A DNA stretch of 63,963 bases, counting the filler, from Octopus bimaculoides (Eukaryota): NCBI RefSeq assembly GCF_001194135.2. It is 5 parts of 5 records of this genome, joined end to end, with 100 filler letters (N's around TTAATTAATTAA, not from the genome) between each part and the next. Parts side by side here need not be neighbours in the genome. Positions count along the whole stretch, not along the records: positions 30,483 to 39,956 come from NC_068990.1; positions 40,057 to 60,939 come from NC_068997.1; 3 more parts are not named here. One strand, 5' to 3'. Position 1 is the stretch's first letter. Each line of letters opens with the position of its first letter. Positions 39,861 to 53,182 of the stretch are shown in pieces. Both the position numbers and the translations under genes were made by a program. Below the pieces are notes generated by a model. It ran no database searches. It was not told the DNA's origin and worked only from the letters and a program-made list of their open reading frames with translations.

Positions 39861-40056
39861 TTAATATTGCTACCATTGTAGGGGTTTAAAACAGTGTTGA
39901 CAATAATAATATTATTATTATTAATTCCTCTTGCTGATTTTATATTCTTTCTATTTNNNNNNNNNNNNNNNNNNNNNNNNNNNNNNNNNNNNNNNNNNNN
40001 TTAATTAATTAANNNNNNNNNNNNNNNNNNNNNNNNNNNNNNNNNNNNNNNNNNNN

Positions 40057-40120
<64 letters not shown>

Positions 40121-40236
40121 CGGTGGTGAATCCGACACTCGGGATCTTTAGTCAGAACGTAAAGGCAAACGAAATGGCGCAGAGTATTTTGCCCAGTGTG
40201 CTAACGGTCCTGCCAGCTCGTCGCCTAAACAAAAAC

Positions 40237-40443
40237 AATAATAATCCTTTCTACTATAGGCACAAGGCTTGAAATTTTGGGAAAGAGGGGACAAGGTGAT
40301 TACATCGAACTTAGTGTTTCGACCCCAAAAGGATGAAAGGCAAAATCGACCTCGACGGAATTTGAACTCAGAACATAGCGACGGACGAAATGCCGCTAAG
40401 CATTTCGCCTAGCGTGCTAACGATCCTGCCAGCTCACCGCCTT
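40237..40443 (-). mobile_element. SINE family B (B2), with a second head fragment at about 40140-40226
   Basis: Aligns with 37621-37835. Confidence 0.85.
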
Positions 40444-40689
40444 AACAAATACAAAAATAATACTTTCAGGCTCATTTCTGTATGTTTTAACAATATTAAA
40501 CTAAAAATTAAATTGAAATTATATTAAAATTGGATTTTAATTTAAATTCAGATCAGAAAATTCAATTTAATAACCTTCATATGAACAAAAGGAAGATATA
40601 TTAATCACACACACAATGACTGTATGTATTTTTTGTTCCGTATGCATTTATAAGATCGCTGGCCACTACATTTATATATATTTTTTGTC

Positions 40690-40850
40690 CTTGTTTCTCT
40701 CCTTGTTTCTTTCTGTGTTACTTTCAGTTGAAGAGCGTAGGCTCGAAACGTCAAAGACTTTCTCTATTCCCGAGCGTTAACCTAATACATCCATTTGTTG
40801 TTTACACCACCTGTCTTCGTCTGTTGTTTCTTTCGTAAATTCTCCCAAAT
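40690..40850 (+). mobile_element. PLE-type terminal repeat with a degenerate hammerhead motif (40721-40756)
   Basis: CTTT-CAGTTGA-A-GAGC(GTAG)GCTC-GAAACGTC-AAAG; the same repeat occurs at 49870-50030. Confidence 0.65.
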
Positions 40851-41361
40851 ATATGTATGAGCTTGCGAATTTGCGTATGTACATGTTATTGTATACTTGT
40901 ATACTTGTGTATTTCATTGTGCCTGTGTGTAACTGTATACATACGTAGATATATGTGTATGTGTGTGCGCATGTATGCGTGTATATGATAGTGTATTTGT
41001 ATGCATGTTTGCTTGAGTCAGCGACTATTTTCATTACTTCTGTTCTGGAGCAAACGCAACAGATTACCTGTAATATCTTGAGGGTACTGGAGGCTAGTGA
41101 TTGAAAAAAATCTTTAGAGCTGCGGAAAAAAAAACACATTTATTTCAGATGTTTTTTTATTACCCCTCATGTTCTGAGTTCAAATGTTGCTGATACTGTA
41201 ATATTTCCGAGGGGCGTTATAATAATAAGTAGAAGTGTTGATTTAATCGAAAATACCATTTACCACCAAAATCGAAGCTTCCAATCTTTTGCTAATCGAT
41301 ACTTTAATTGGATAGCAAAGTAAGAGATGACATGTTACAATGTAAGAGTAATTGTGAAGAT

Positions 41362-41672
41362 AGGTGCCGGTGTGGCTGCGTAGTAAGAAGTTGATTCCGG
41401 GTTCAGTCCAACTGCGTGGCACCTTGGGCAACTGTTTTCATCTATAGTCGCCTGCTGACCAAAGACTTGTGTGTGGTAATTGGTTGATGGAAACTGAAAG
41501 AAGCCTGTCGTATATATATTTACATGTGTGTGCGTGCGGCGTGAGTTTACGTGTGTGTCTGTGTTTCTCCCGCACTACCTTGTTGGTTTGTTTACATCCC
41601 TGTAACAAAGCGGTGCCCGCGCATGGCAGCATACTAATGAGTGAAACAAGTAAAAGATACAAGAGAAGATAA
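41362..41672 (+). mobile_element. SINE family A copy
   Basis: Head GGTGTGGCTGCGTAGTAAGAAG..GGGTTCAGTCC, body and AAACAAGTAAAAGA tail. Confidence 0.8.
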
Positions 41673-42346
41673 AGTGTTAAGATCCGGAACGAATGTCGTA
41701 GAGCATCTCGTCCGCTGCTCTAACGATTTCCCGAGTTCATTTCATCGATTCAAACTCGTTCCCAACAGGATTCGAACCCTAATACCACGGTATACTAGCA
41801 ATCATTTTTGCAGCACTTATTGCAATGCTTGTACTGCACTCGCACCTTCTTTATACACAGCATGGCATTAACAGTCAATGAAAAACAGGTAATTAACCTA
41901 TATCAAGGCTGTTGGTATGCTTACTCAACTACGAAACTCACTCTCCCTTTCTCTCTGTTTCTCCTCCACACACATGAGCAATCATGCAGCAAACCTATAC
42001 ACACACAAACACACACAAACACACAAGTACACACACACCCGCACATACATACACATAAACACACATCCACTCACAAATACACATAAATTCACAAACAATC
42101 ACACTCACATACTAATGAATAATCATATATATATATATATATATATATACTATGTGTGTGTCTGTGTGTGTCTGTGTGTGTAAAAGCAAAATTTCCAGTT
42201 GGCACACACACATATGCGCACACGTATACCAATGTACGCATGCATATAGACGAACTGACAAACATTAATTGAGAACGCATGCCCATTTACATACATGCAC
42301 ACCTTTGCGTACATAACCGAATTTTCATGGACGCACACAAACACAC

Positions 42347-42394
<48 letters not shown>

Positions 42395-42697
42395 TATACC
42401 ATATACACGGGGATGTAGATACTCACACAAATTGATATATAGACAAACACGTAGACATGCATATGGTTCCAAGAACAAAGATAGAAACACACACACATAC
42501 ATACACATACACACATACGCATATACACGTATACACACACGTACACTCACATGCAAACACTCACGTATTCATATACACAGTTAAATTGATATATCAACTG
42601 ACGCACACTAACGGACATATCCGTACGTGTATACAAACATACACACTCACATATATGCATATTTATATACATCCTCACATATATGTATATATATTTA

Positions 42698-42759
<62 letters not shown>

Positions 42760-42843
42760 CACTTCATAATTGTTTTATTTTTATAGCCACCTCATAAACG
42801 AGGCATCTGTACATTAGGTTGACATAATACTTGTACGACAGAA

Positions 42844-43253
42844 GGTGGCGAGATACTAAGCGGTATTTCGTCTGCCGTTACGTTCTGAGTTCAAATCCCG
42901 CCGAGGTCGACTTTGCCTTTCATCCTTTCGGGTTCGATAAATTAAGTATCAGTTACGCACTGGGATCGATGTAATCGACTTAATCCCTTTGTCTGTCCTT
43001 GTTTGTCCCCTCTGCGTTTAGCCCCTTGTGGGCAATAAAGCAATCAGAAACGTTAGCACGCCGGGTGAAATGCTTAGCAGTATTTTGTCTGTCTCTACGT
43101 TCTGACTTCAAATTCCGCCGAGGTCGACTCTGCTTTTCATCCTTTCGGAGTCGATAAATGAAGTACCAGTTGCGTCCTGGGGGTGGGGGTCGATCTAATC
43201 GATGGCCCCCTCCTCCAAAATTTCGGGCCTTGTGCCTAGAGTAGAGAAGAATA
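42844..43253 (+). mobile_element. Two abutting or nested SINE family B copies (B1 42844-43043, B2 43044-43253)
   Basis: Two cores in tandem with different tails. Confidence 0.88.
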
Positions 43254-43322
43254 CTTGTATGACAGATAAACCACACTGGAATTATTCAACAACACACAAC
43301 AGGAAAGTGGCAAGAAGCTATT

Positions 43323-43385
<63 letters not shown>

Positions 43386-43395
43386 GATATATATA

Positions 43396-43603
43396 TCTTT
43401 TACATGTTTCAGCCTTTAGAGTGTTGTCATGTTGGGCATTGTCTGGGAGAATTTTAGTCGAATGGATCAACTTTAGTACCATCTTGTTTTTGAAACCTGG
43501 TACTTATTATATCCGTCCTTTTGTCGAACCGCTATGTTATGGGGACGTAAAGAAACGGAGACAAGTTGTGAAGTAGTGATATGAGATAAACGCAGACACA
43601 AAG

Positions 43604-43605
<2 letters not shown>
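43396..43605 (-). mobile_element. SINE family A, 3' half, degenerate
   Basis: TTTTACATGTTTCAG tail and CCTGGTACTTA module. Confidence 0.6.
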
Positions 43606-43634
<29 letters not shown>

Positions 43635-45006
43635 TACACACGTGCACACACTCACAGACACATGCAGACGTGTACACACGCATGTTGAAGTTTTCTACCA
43701 GCGAAGCACTAAAAGAGCCAGTATCTGCTAATGAAGTGAGTTAACCAGTACCAGACCCAAACTGGCTACTTATCGCTACATTAAAAGAACAAACATACTG
43801 ATATCAAATCACATACACAAATACGAGCACACACACACATATACAAGGAGAGAGGAATAGAGAATCAGAGGGAGAAAGAGAGAGAGAGAGAGAGAGAGTA
43901 AGGGAGAAAGAGAGATAGACAGAGAGAGTGATATACGAATGGACGTACACACACACAGAGAAAGAGAAACACTTCCATTCAACCGTCCACATACACACAC
44001 ACACACNNNNNNNNNNNNNNNNNNNNNNNNNNNNNNNNNNNNNNNNNNNNNNNNNNNNNNNNNNNNNNNNNNNNNNNNNNNNNNNNNNNNNNNNNNNNNN
44101 NNNNNNNNNNNNNNNNNNNNNNNNNNNNNNNNNNNNNNNNNNNNNNNNNNNNNNNNNNNNNNNNNNNNNNNNNNNNNNNNNNNNNNNNNNNNNNNNNNNN
44201 NNNNNNNNNNNNNNNNNNNNNNNNNNNNNNNNNNNNNNNNNNNNNNNNNNNNNNNNNNNNNNNNNNNNNNNNNNNNNNNNNNNNNNNNNNNNNNNNNNNN
44301 NNNNNNNNNNNNNNNNNNNNNNNNNNNNNNNNNNNNNNNNNNNNNNNNNNNNNNNNNNNNNNNNNNNNNNNNNNNNNNNNNNNNNNNNNNNNNNNNNNNN
44401 NNNNNNNNNNNNNNNNNNNNNNNNNNNNNNNNNNNNNNNNNNNNNNNNNNNNNNNNNNNNNNNNNNNNNNNNNNNNNNNNNNNNNNNNNNNNNNNNNNNN
44501 NNNNNNNNNNNNNNNNNNNNNNNNNNNNNNNNNNNNNNNNNNNNNNNNNNNNNNNNNNNNNNNNNNNNNNNNNNNNNNNNNNNNNNNNNNNNNNNNNNNN
44601 NNNNNNNNNNNNNNNNNNNNNNNNNNNNNNNNNNNNNNNNNNNNNNNNNNNNNNNNNNNNNNNNNNNNNNNNNNNNNNNNNNNNNNNNNNNNNNNNNNNN
44701 NNNNNNNNNNNNNNNNNNNNNNNNNNNNNNNNNNNNNNNNNNNNNNNNNNNNNNNNNNNNNNNNNNNNNNNNNNNNNNNNNNNNNNNNNNNNNNNNNNNN
44801 NNNNNNNNNNNNNNNNNNNNNNNNNNNNNNNNNNNNNNNNNNNNNNNNNNNNNNNNNNNGGTTATATAACTCCCTCCCGCCCTCATTCTTTTCCTACTAG
44901 TAATATGGATTAAATAATATAAAACACCTAGTCACACGCTTTATCATTTTGTCTCGACACCAAAATAATAATAATAATAATAGTAATAATAATAATAATA
45001 ATAATA

Positions 45007-45048
<42 letters not shown>

Positions 45049-45078
45049 GTAATAATAATAATAATAATAATAGTACGT

Positions 45079-45438
45079 AAAGAATACGAAAAGATTTCTC
45101 ACTATAAAGATCTGCAAGTTGAAATCACAAAAACGTAGAAGCTTAGTACTACGATAATACCAGTAATTAATGGTGCGTTGGGAATGATAAAGAAGGAAGC
45201 TGAGAAGTATATTAAGCAACTCCCTGGTGACTCCAATTTCCGTGAACTACAAAAGATAACCTTGGTGGGTGCAGCCCATATACTACGGGAAGCACTCTTC
45301 ATCTTAAATGGAATAACTTTGGTGATAATTTTAGCATGCATAGCAAAACAAAAAGTGTCCTTGCTACTCTTGGCCTCTGGAGGATGCCCGGTACTAAGGC
45401 AGCTGAAATAAAGTTATAATAAAAAGAAGCCATGAATG

Positions 45439-45500
<62 letters not shown>
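45079..45500 (+). mobile_element. 5'-truncated R4/Dong 3' end flanked on both sides by (AAT)n
   Basis: KEYEKISHYKDL..IPVINGALG..ELQKITLVGAAHILRE, 3' UTR and tail 45430-45500; (AAT)n at 44965-45072 precedes it. Confidence 0.88.
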
Positions 45501-45502
<2 letters not shown>

Positions 45503-45689
45503 CACAGCACATACCCAAGGCGCACAGAGCTGCGCTCGGTAGTGAAGTGAAAGCACGTTATAAAAATAAAACTACTGAACAATAATAATAATAATAATAA
45601 TAATAATAGTAATAATAAACTGTTTTCAGTCTTTAAGGAAGCTGACAAATACAAAAAAGGAGTCGTAGTACCTAACAATTATGACGGAA

Positions 45690-46030
45690 AAGATGAAATA
45701 ACGAAAGATGTAAAACAATTGAAATCCAAACTAAAACTGGAGCAGCAACGGATCATGATAAAACGATGGCAAGAAAAGCCTTCATGGCATATTCTAGGCT
45801 AAAATAAACAGAAAAGAAATAGACAAAGCAAATACCCAACGATGGCTGAGAAGCTCAGGACTCAAAGCAGGGACTTAAGGATTTTTAATTGCAGCTCAAG
45901 ATCAAAACCCTCCTACGAGAAATTACCAAAAAAATGTAATGAAAAAAAATACAGGTAACTGCAGAATATGTGGAGATGGAGAAGAAACAATAAATCATAT
46001 TGTTTCTGATTGCCCAGTCCTGTCTGAATA
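45690..46030 (+). mobile_element. R4/Dong fragment (pre-knuckle and CCHC)
   Basis: WLRSSGLKA..FLIAAQDQ..CRICGDGEETINHIVSDCPVL. Confidence 0.85.
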
Positions 46031-46419
46031 TATTCGCAAATACAGTGCGTCTTGCGACGATCCAAGAATTTCACTTCTAACGTCGCCAAACGAGTGGCCC
46101 CGATCACTCTCTTCGACCATTGCTGTTGTCGTTGCTGTGGCAATAATTGTTTAGATGAGTTCTGATTGGGCATTCATTCCAATGACCAAAAGTTGTTGCA
46201 TTCCGGCCATGACTATCTCGTTTTGTTTTCTAGTATAGTGAACCACATTATTTTAATCAATGTGATAAAGTGAAATGTTGCTCGCCATACTGGAAAAATA
46301 AGACGAGATGGTCATGGCCGAGTGGGATTTAGAATGGTTTCATAAACTTCATAATCTTCATAATCCTCCCCCCCCCGCCCCGCGCCACCTGCTCACGTCA
46401 CATCCATATTCTCATCGTC

Positions 46420-46962
46420 ACATTGATGACGATGACGATGACGACGACGACGATGACGACGACGATGTTGATGATGATGATGATGATGTTGATGANNNNN
46501 NNNNNATGACGATGACGACGACGACGATGACGACGACGATGTTGATGATGATGATGATGATGATGGGGCAGATGATGGTGGTGGTGAGATGATGATGATG
46601 GTGACGATGATGATGATGATGTTGATGATGATGATGATGATGTTGATGAGGAGGAGGAGGATAATGATGATGATGATGATGACGGAGCAGGTGATGCTGG
46701 TGGTGAATTGATGATGATGGTGACGACGACGATGATGATGATGTTTATTAGTATTACTATTAACATCAACAACAGTCCATGCGTAACAACAACAACAACA
46801 ACAACAACAATAGCAACAGCAGCAGCAACAGCACCAAAAATCATCGTAGTAATTGTTGGCCATAAAACAACTGCGACAAGGAAAAAAAATTGAAGAACAG
46901 AGAAAACAAAAATAAGAAGTAAAATCCACGACACTGACATTAATAACAACAAGACGACCATC

Positions 46963-47006
<44 letters not shown>

Positions 47007-47035
47007 ACAACAACAAAAGTAACATCATCATCAAC
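46420..47035. repeat. Compound (GAT/GAC/GGT/AAC)n low-complexity tract
   Basis: Seen directly. Confidence 0.9.
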
Positions 47036-47242
47036 GAACCAAAGTTTGTAAATAACGGCTGCGAATATGAAAACAGTCGATATGAGGAATGTGATGTTCT
47101 AATTAGAGAATCATTGATCGATCTTTATGCATATCATACATCCGCCATTTACCCCCTCCCCCCGTCCCACTCTCTCCATTTCTCACGCTCTAATTACACA
47201 CGTCACCACACCATTTCCCGCCTTAGCTCTACCATTTTCCCG

Positions 47243-47244
<2 letters not shown>

Positions 47245-47331
<87 letters not shown>

Positions 47332-47640
47332 TCTATTTGCAATACAAACCTTTCAAAGACGTCAACACAACGCACAAATATCAAAATAAAGAAACTCTAG
47401 AGATCAGATGTATTACCTTTCACGTATGTCTCATCACCTCTGCGTTCCTTCATCTCCCTTCCTTTCTCCCTCCTTACTTTACTCTCCCTCTCTCTCTTTC
47501 TCTCCCTCTCTCTCTTTCTCTCCCTCTCTCTCTTTCTCTCCCTCTCTCTCTCTCTCCCTCTCTCTCTTTCTCTCCCTCTCTCTCTTTCTCTCCCTCTCTC
47601 TCTTTCTCTCCCTCTCTCTCTTTCTCTCCCTCTTTCCCCC
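47245..47640. repeat. Polypyrimidine region: (CT)n plus an 18-bp higher-order repeat (CTCTCTCTCTTTCTCTCC)
   Basis: Seen directly. Confidence 0.85.
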
Positions 47641-47892
47641 TTTTTCTCTCCTCATGAGGCAAGCCTTTATATCTACCTTATTAATACACTTACTCGGTCT
47701 ATCAATTTTTCAATACATTATTCTGTCCTACGTCTCATCTTTTTCTCTCTCCTTCTCCCTCCCTCTCTCCATACATGTGTATGCACACATGCTCAAGAAC
47801 ATATATTACATGCATACATGCACACATATATGTATGTGTATTTAAGTCTATGCGTCTGTGTGTGTGTATCTACACACATATGTAAATCTAAA

Positions 47893-48110
47893 AGGCGGCG
47901 AGCTGGTAGAAACGTTAGCACGCCGGGCGAAATGCTAAGCGGTATTTCGTCTGCCGCTACGTTCTGAGTTCAAATTCCGCCGAGGTCGACTTTGCCTTTC
48001 ATCCTTTCGGGGTCGATTAAATAAGTACCAGTTACGCACTGGGGTCGATGTAATCGACTTAATCCGTTTGTCCCCTCTGTGTGTAGCCCCTTGTGGGTAG
48101 TAAAGAAATA
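47893..48110 (+). mobile_element. Full-length SINE family B (B1) with a 17-bp target-site duplication
   Basis: Pol III-like B box GTTCAAATTCC; ACATATGTAAATCTAAA at 47876-47892 and 48111-48127. Confidence 0.93.
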
Positions 48111-48284
48111 ACATATGTAAATCTAAATACGCTTCTATATAAAGGTGCGTTGAAAAATTTTGTCTGGATTTCGGAAAAGAATTATCATTATATTTCATTA
48201 ATTTAAGACAGCAAGCTGGCAGAACAGTTAGAACGTCGGAAAAATTGCTTTGCAAAATGTGTTTCGGCTTTTACTTGCTTTAAA

Positions 48285-48406
48285 CGGAGCCTCGTGGAGC
48301 TGAGGTATTTTTGCTCAATAAAACACTCACAACGCCCGGTCTGGGAATCGAAACCGCGATCCTACGACCGCGAGTCCGCTGCCCTAACAACTGGGCCATT
48401 GCGCCT
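48285..48406 (-). mobile_element. tRNA(Arg)-like SINE head, family E
   Basis: TGGCCCAGTTGTTAGG (A box), TCG anticodon-like loop, GGTTTCGATTCC (B box), continuing into AGCTCCACGAGGCTCCG shared with 57648-57939. Confidence 0.8.
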
Positions 48407-48418
48407 ACACACACACAC

Positions 48419-48454
<36 letters not shown>

Positions 48455-48484
48455 CGCACACACAAACACGCACACATACATGAT

Positions 48485-48515
<31 letters not shown>

Positions 48516-48992
48516 CGTGTGCATATATACATATATATACACATACATATAATATGTATATATATGTATATATATGCATGTATGTATGCATACGCTCGCG
48601 TATGAGTGAGTGTAAAGTAAACTATAGCCTGCTACGATATCAGGGCCACATAAACATATTGATGAACAAAGACATGGAATAGTATATGGAAGAAGTGAAT
48701 GACGGTTTGAGAGAAGAAAAAGAAACAGGAAAACAAAAATGGAAAGAAAACACAAGAAAAACAAGAACAATCAAGAGATAATGAAAAGGAAAAAGTAAGA
48801 TATAATGAGAGAGAAAGGTAAAGAGAGTCAGAGAAAAAATGAGAAAATGAAAGTTAGATGGAACGAGAAGGAATATTAAAGATAATGAATGGGTTAGAAT
48901 TAGGTGGGATTAAAGAGATGGTTAGAGATTGAGGGAAGGTGAGAGGTGGAAAAAGACTGATTAGAAATTAGAGAGAATGAGAGTCAGAGTTA

Positions 48993-49049
<57 letters not shown>

Positions 49050-49519
49050 TAGAGGAGAGAAGAGGAGAAAAGAGAAAATGCACAAGAGGAAGAGAGTGAT
49101 GGTGGAGGGGAATGAAAGAGATTCTTTTGTTGGTACCGGGATCAATTTTCACCTCGGGTCGATAGATAACATACCTGATCGTTAAATGATCGTCGAATGA
49201 TTCAACAGGTTAATCTTACAAGGAAATGACGTTCCTATAAACATTAAACCACAAACACACACTACTACTACAACACCCCCACCTCCACCTCCTCCCCCCT
49301 ACCGATTCCACCATCACCAGTATCATATCCACCTCCCACTGCAACCACAAACTCGCACCACCACCACCACCACCACCGCCATAACCTACCACAGTATTGG
49401 TTCATCTGAAACCTCAGTATCTTGAATTGTAAAACGAGACAGTCATTTTCGTCGCCGTCTTATCTATAATTTCGTTCTATTTATAAACTTCACCCAAATA
49501 TGGTTGTTTATATAGAATT

Positions 49520-49635
49520 TATCGTCATCGTCATCATCATCATCATCATCATCATCATCACCGTCGTCGTCGTCGTCGTCGTCGTCATCATCATCATCAT
49601 CATCATCATCATCACCGTCGTCGTCGTCATCGTCG

Positions 49636-49668
<33 letters not shown>

Positions 49669-49710
49669 CCGTCGTCGTCGTCGTCATCATCATCATCATC
49701 ATCATCATCT
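49520..49710. repeat. (TCA)n-CCG-(TCG)n compound microsatellite with about 54-bp higher-order periodicity
   Basis: Three CACCGTCG junctions at 49559, 49613 and 49667. Confidence 0.85.
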
Positions 49711-49817
49711 GTATTGTGATGTTGTTTATCCAAGTAGGTCGCTACTCAGGGTTCCACGTTTCCGGTTCTCAGGCGACAAGTTCAGTGTGCGTTTTGTGTG
49801 TGTGTGTGTGTATGTGC

Positions 49818-49858
<41 letters not shown>

Positions 49859-49869
49859 CAATTTTTTTT

Positions 49870-50030
49870 CTCCGTGTTTTTCTCCTTGTCTCCGTATTCT
49901 TTCTGTTGAAGAGCGTAGCTCGAAACGTCAAAGACTTTCCGTATTCCCGAGCGTCATACTAATATATACTTTTGTTATTTACACCACCTGTCATCGTCTG
50001 TTGTTATTTTTTGTATATTCTCCCATATAT
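49870..50030 (+). mobile_element. PLE-type terminal repeat with a degenerate hammerhead motif (49898-49934)
   Basis: TCTTT-CTGTTGA-A-GAGC(GTA)GCTC-GAAACGTC-AAAGA; paralog of 40690-40850. Confidence 0.65.
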
Positions 50031-51334
50031 ATATACATACATATTTATATATAATGGGCTTCAATTTTTAATAACTTTCTTAACTTTACAAATAAATGGC
50101 ATACATACATACATACATACATACATGTATGCGGAGGGTGAAAGTGTTAACAAGAACAGGACAGTGAGAACAAGAACAGGACAGTGAGAACAAGACAGTA
50201 AAAACAAACGGTGAGGGCTGTTGAGCCAAGACGATANNNNNNNNNNNNNNNNNNNNNNNNNNNNNNNNNNNNNNNNNNNNNNNNNNNNNNNNNNNNNNNN
50301 NNNNNNNNNNNNNNNNNNNNTGTTTCAACGAAATCGCGTATTGTCCTTACAATCGAAACGCGGAGTAGATGAAACAGAGACAACTGAAGAAGGGGTATAT
50401 TCTTTATGTTGCATGTCTCGTTTCTCGTATCTCTCTTTGTTGTTTTCGTTGTTCGAAAAAAGTTTGTTTTCTATGTTTTCGTTTAAGTTTTTCCCCGCCA
50501 TCTTTTAATAAGACCAAACGAGCAGTTTTCCTATTTCCAATTTTCCTATTACAAAAAGACATGGATGGCGGACGATACTACAAGCTTTGAAAATAGACCT
50601 TTCCTCTTCGGTGAAGTTCTCATCAAGGTTTTTCAAACAAATCTTTTCAAAAGGGCGCTGAGAGGGAGAAAGAAAGAAGAGCTGTCTTCCAGGGCGCAGT
50701 TGTCAAAAGGCGGTTGCTTGTGACAAAAATGGCTAAGGTGAATGGAACAACGATAAACATCTGATTGTAGATTGGAGAACAGTAATTGGACGAGGGTTCG
50801 AGAGATCAAACCCTTAGAGATCAGGTCTGTGGATTTTCTTGATTGGCCTGTAACAGTAAGGATGTATCACCATATTTTGTACAGTGTAAGCTTTTCTCTC
50901 ATTTCTTTCCAGCCCACCCTATTTTCTTCTCACCCCCATTTTATGTAATTTCCCGCCACAAAAATATCAACATGTTTTTGTTGAGTCCACCACATTTGAC
51001 GCCATTACGGCAAATATAAGAAATCTCTATTGCTTTTGTTGCAGTTGTTGTTTCTATTATTAAAAGATTTTATTTGTGTGAGTGCTTTGTTTTCCTTGTA
51101 CTTTTATGTGTGTGAATATGACTGCTTGTATATATATATATATATGTCTGTGATTATGCGCATGTTTGTATGCGAGTGCAAGTGTATTTTTAGGAAACGG
51201 TGTATATATGTGTGTCTGATTACGTATTTATATTTGCGAGTTTAATTTCTTTATTTTTAGCAATTCTTCTGTTTCACACTACCCACTTCGTAAACATCAC
51301 ACTATAACGATCTTAGGTTGAACTTGAGGCTTGG

Positions 51335-51670
51335 TTGCTGCTGCTGCCGCTGCTGCTGTTGTTGCTTTTATTGATCTTTACCAGCCATTTCGTCGGTTGC
51401 GACGACGAGTGTTCCAGTTGATCCGATCGTGAATTTAACGTGCAAGTGGTTGAGCATTCCGCAAACACGCATATTTTTTTTAACATAGTTCCCAAGGAGA
51501 GTCAGCATGACACAGCATGTGACAAAGTTGGTCATTTTTGCCAGCTGAGTGGAAATAAAATGCAGCGTGAAATAAAATGTCTTGCTCAAGGAAGCTACGC
51601 GTTGCTGGTAATCGAACGCAAGACCTTACGATTGGGAGCCGTACGCCCTAACCACTAAGCCACACACCTT
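51335..51670 (-). mobile_element. Older tRNA-derived SINE sharing its 3' module with family E
   Basis: Head TGGCTTAGTGGTTAGG..GTTCGATTACC; TTCCAGTTGATCCGATC..TTAACGTGCAAGTGG shared with 57700-57750. Confidence 0.7.
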
Positions 51671-52008
51671 CACTTTGATCGTTACCTAGACCTATGATGT
51701 GTATGATAATGTTGTAATACTTGTCATCAGTGGTGGAGATGCTGGTGGCGGGGGTGATGGTGGAGTGATAGTGGGGACGGTGTCTGCCGTTGTGGATTTG
51801 GCTGTTGCTGGTTTCGGTTGTAGCTAAGGAGAGGCTATGGGCAGCAGAGGTGTTAGCGTCGGTTATAGTAGTGGTTGTTGTCTTGAAGAGAGAATGGGAG
51901 TGCTTTGCGAGTGCGGTCGAGGTGGTGAAAATGCTAGTGACACTGTTTAGCAGATCGAATAATGCAACCGATATACAATTAGATTATAGTTGTTACAAAA
52001 TGGTGCTA

Positions 52009-52331
52009 GGTCAGAGGTCAATATGATATAAAATAGCCTGAACAGATACTTCAGGTAAGGCAAGCAAAATATACTGAACATTTATATATATANNNNNNNN
52101 NNNNNNNNNNNNNNNNNNNNNNNNNNNNNNNNNNNNNNNNNNNNNNNNNNNNNNNNNNNNNNNNNNNNNNNNNNNNNNNNNNNNNNNNATTGCTTAAGCA
52201 TTTTCTCGCACCGTCTCCGATGAAGAGATATATAAAATATCCCGGAAACAGCTGTAAGATCTTCTCTTCAGAAATGTTCTGAAATCTTTCACAGCCTTGA
52301 CTTTTTATCTCATTCTATTAATTTTTTATAT
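52009..52331 (+). mobile_element. 5'-truncated copy of a hammerhead-bearing repeat (motif 52213-52260)
   Basis: Near-identical to 54537-54781 on both sides of an N gap. Confidence 0.8.
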
Positions 52332-52461
52332 ATATGCATGCGTTAGACTCCTCATTCGCATAATCGCCGAACCTGAAGCTTAACTATAGTCTGTCCATAG
52401 CACTTACTCAGCATTACCTGACACCTTTGGGTCTTCTTGACACCATTACCTCTCATAACCT

Positions 52462-52495
<34 letters not shown>

Positions 52496-52727
52496 TCTTT
52501 ATAGAATTAAGGATAAAATCACTTTATTTGCACACATGCATACGTACATACATACGTCCATGCATTCATACATATGTATACACATATACACACGTCTGCT
52601 TTGTTGACTATTTGAATTATCTGATCAAAGGACATGTATACACATTTTTCTCATACGTCTGTAAGCGATATTGATAAGTCTGTGAACAGCTTGTTTGCAC
52701 ACATACACGCATACATACATACATACA

Positions 52728-52761
<34 letters not shown>

Positions 52762-53182
52762 CATACATAGATTTATACGTATATGTACACGCAGCAATTT
52801 CTTCAAAGATTTATGAAATGTAATAATAAGTAGGAGAATCAGGATAATAACCTCTATGAGAAATATACTTAGGCAATATTTTGGTTATCAACACCTTAGT
52901 GGTAGCTATTTAAGACGATTAGTTTCTATTAATTTATTACAACAGAAATGAACTTTCTCTATCTTTCAATATCTAACTTTCTCTTTAACTTCTGCGTTCA
53001 TGTACGTTTTCACGTTTTATTCTTGTTTAGTTTAAGGTCAGCTCTGACCGAACGCATCTATGATCAGAGTTACTTCACTCATGACAAACTTGTTATTAAT
53101 TTCATAGCAGCATTTCGTCCGCTTTTAGCAATCACGGGTCTTGAGCTTCGCTTCAACCGCCCTGCAGTATTAGGCAAGTGTA

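Noticed and set aside
48340-48406. tRNA-Arg(TCG)-like sequence, and similar heads at 51600-51670 and 62000-62073
   Set aside because: Acceptor stems are not complementary and the sequences continue into SINE bodies; these are SINE heads, not tRNA genes.
50321-50376. Hairpin with CGAAACGC resembling another hammerhead
   Set aside because: No recognisable CUGANGA-like core and no UH cleavage triplet.
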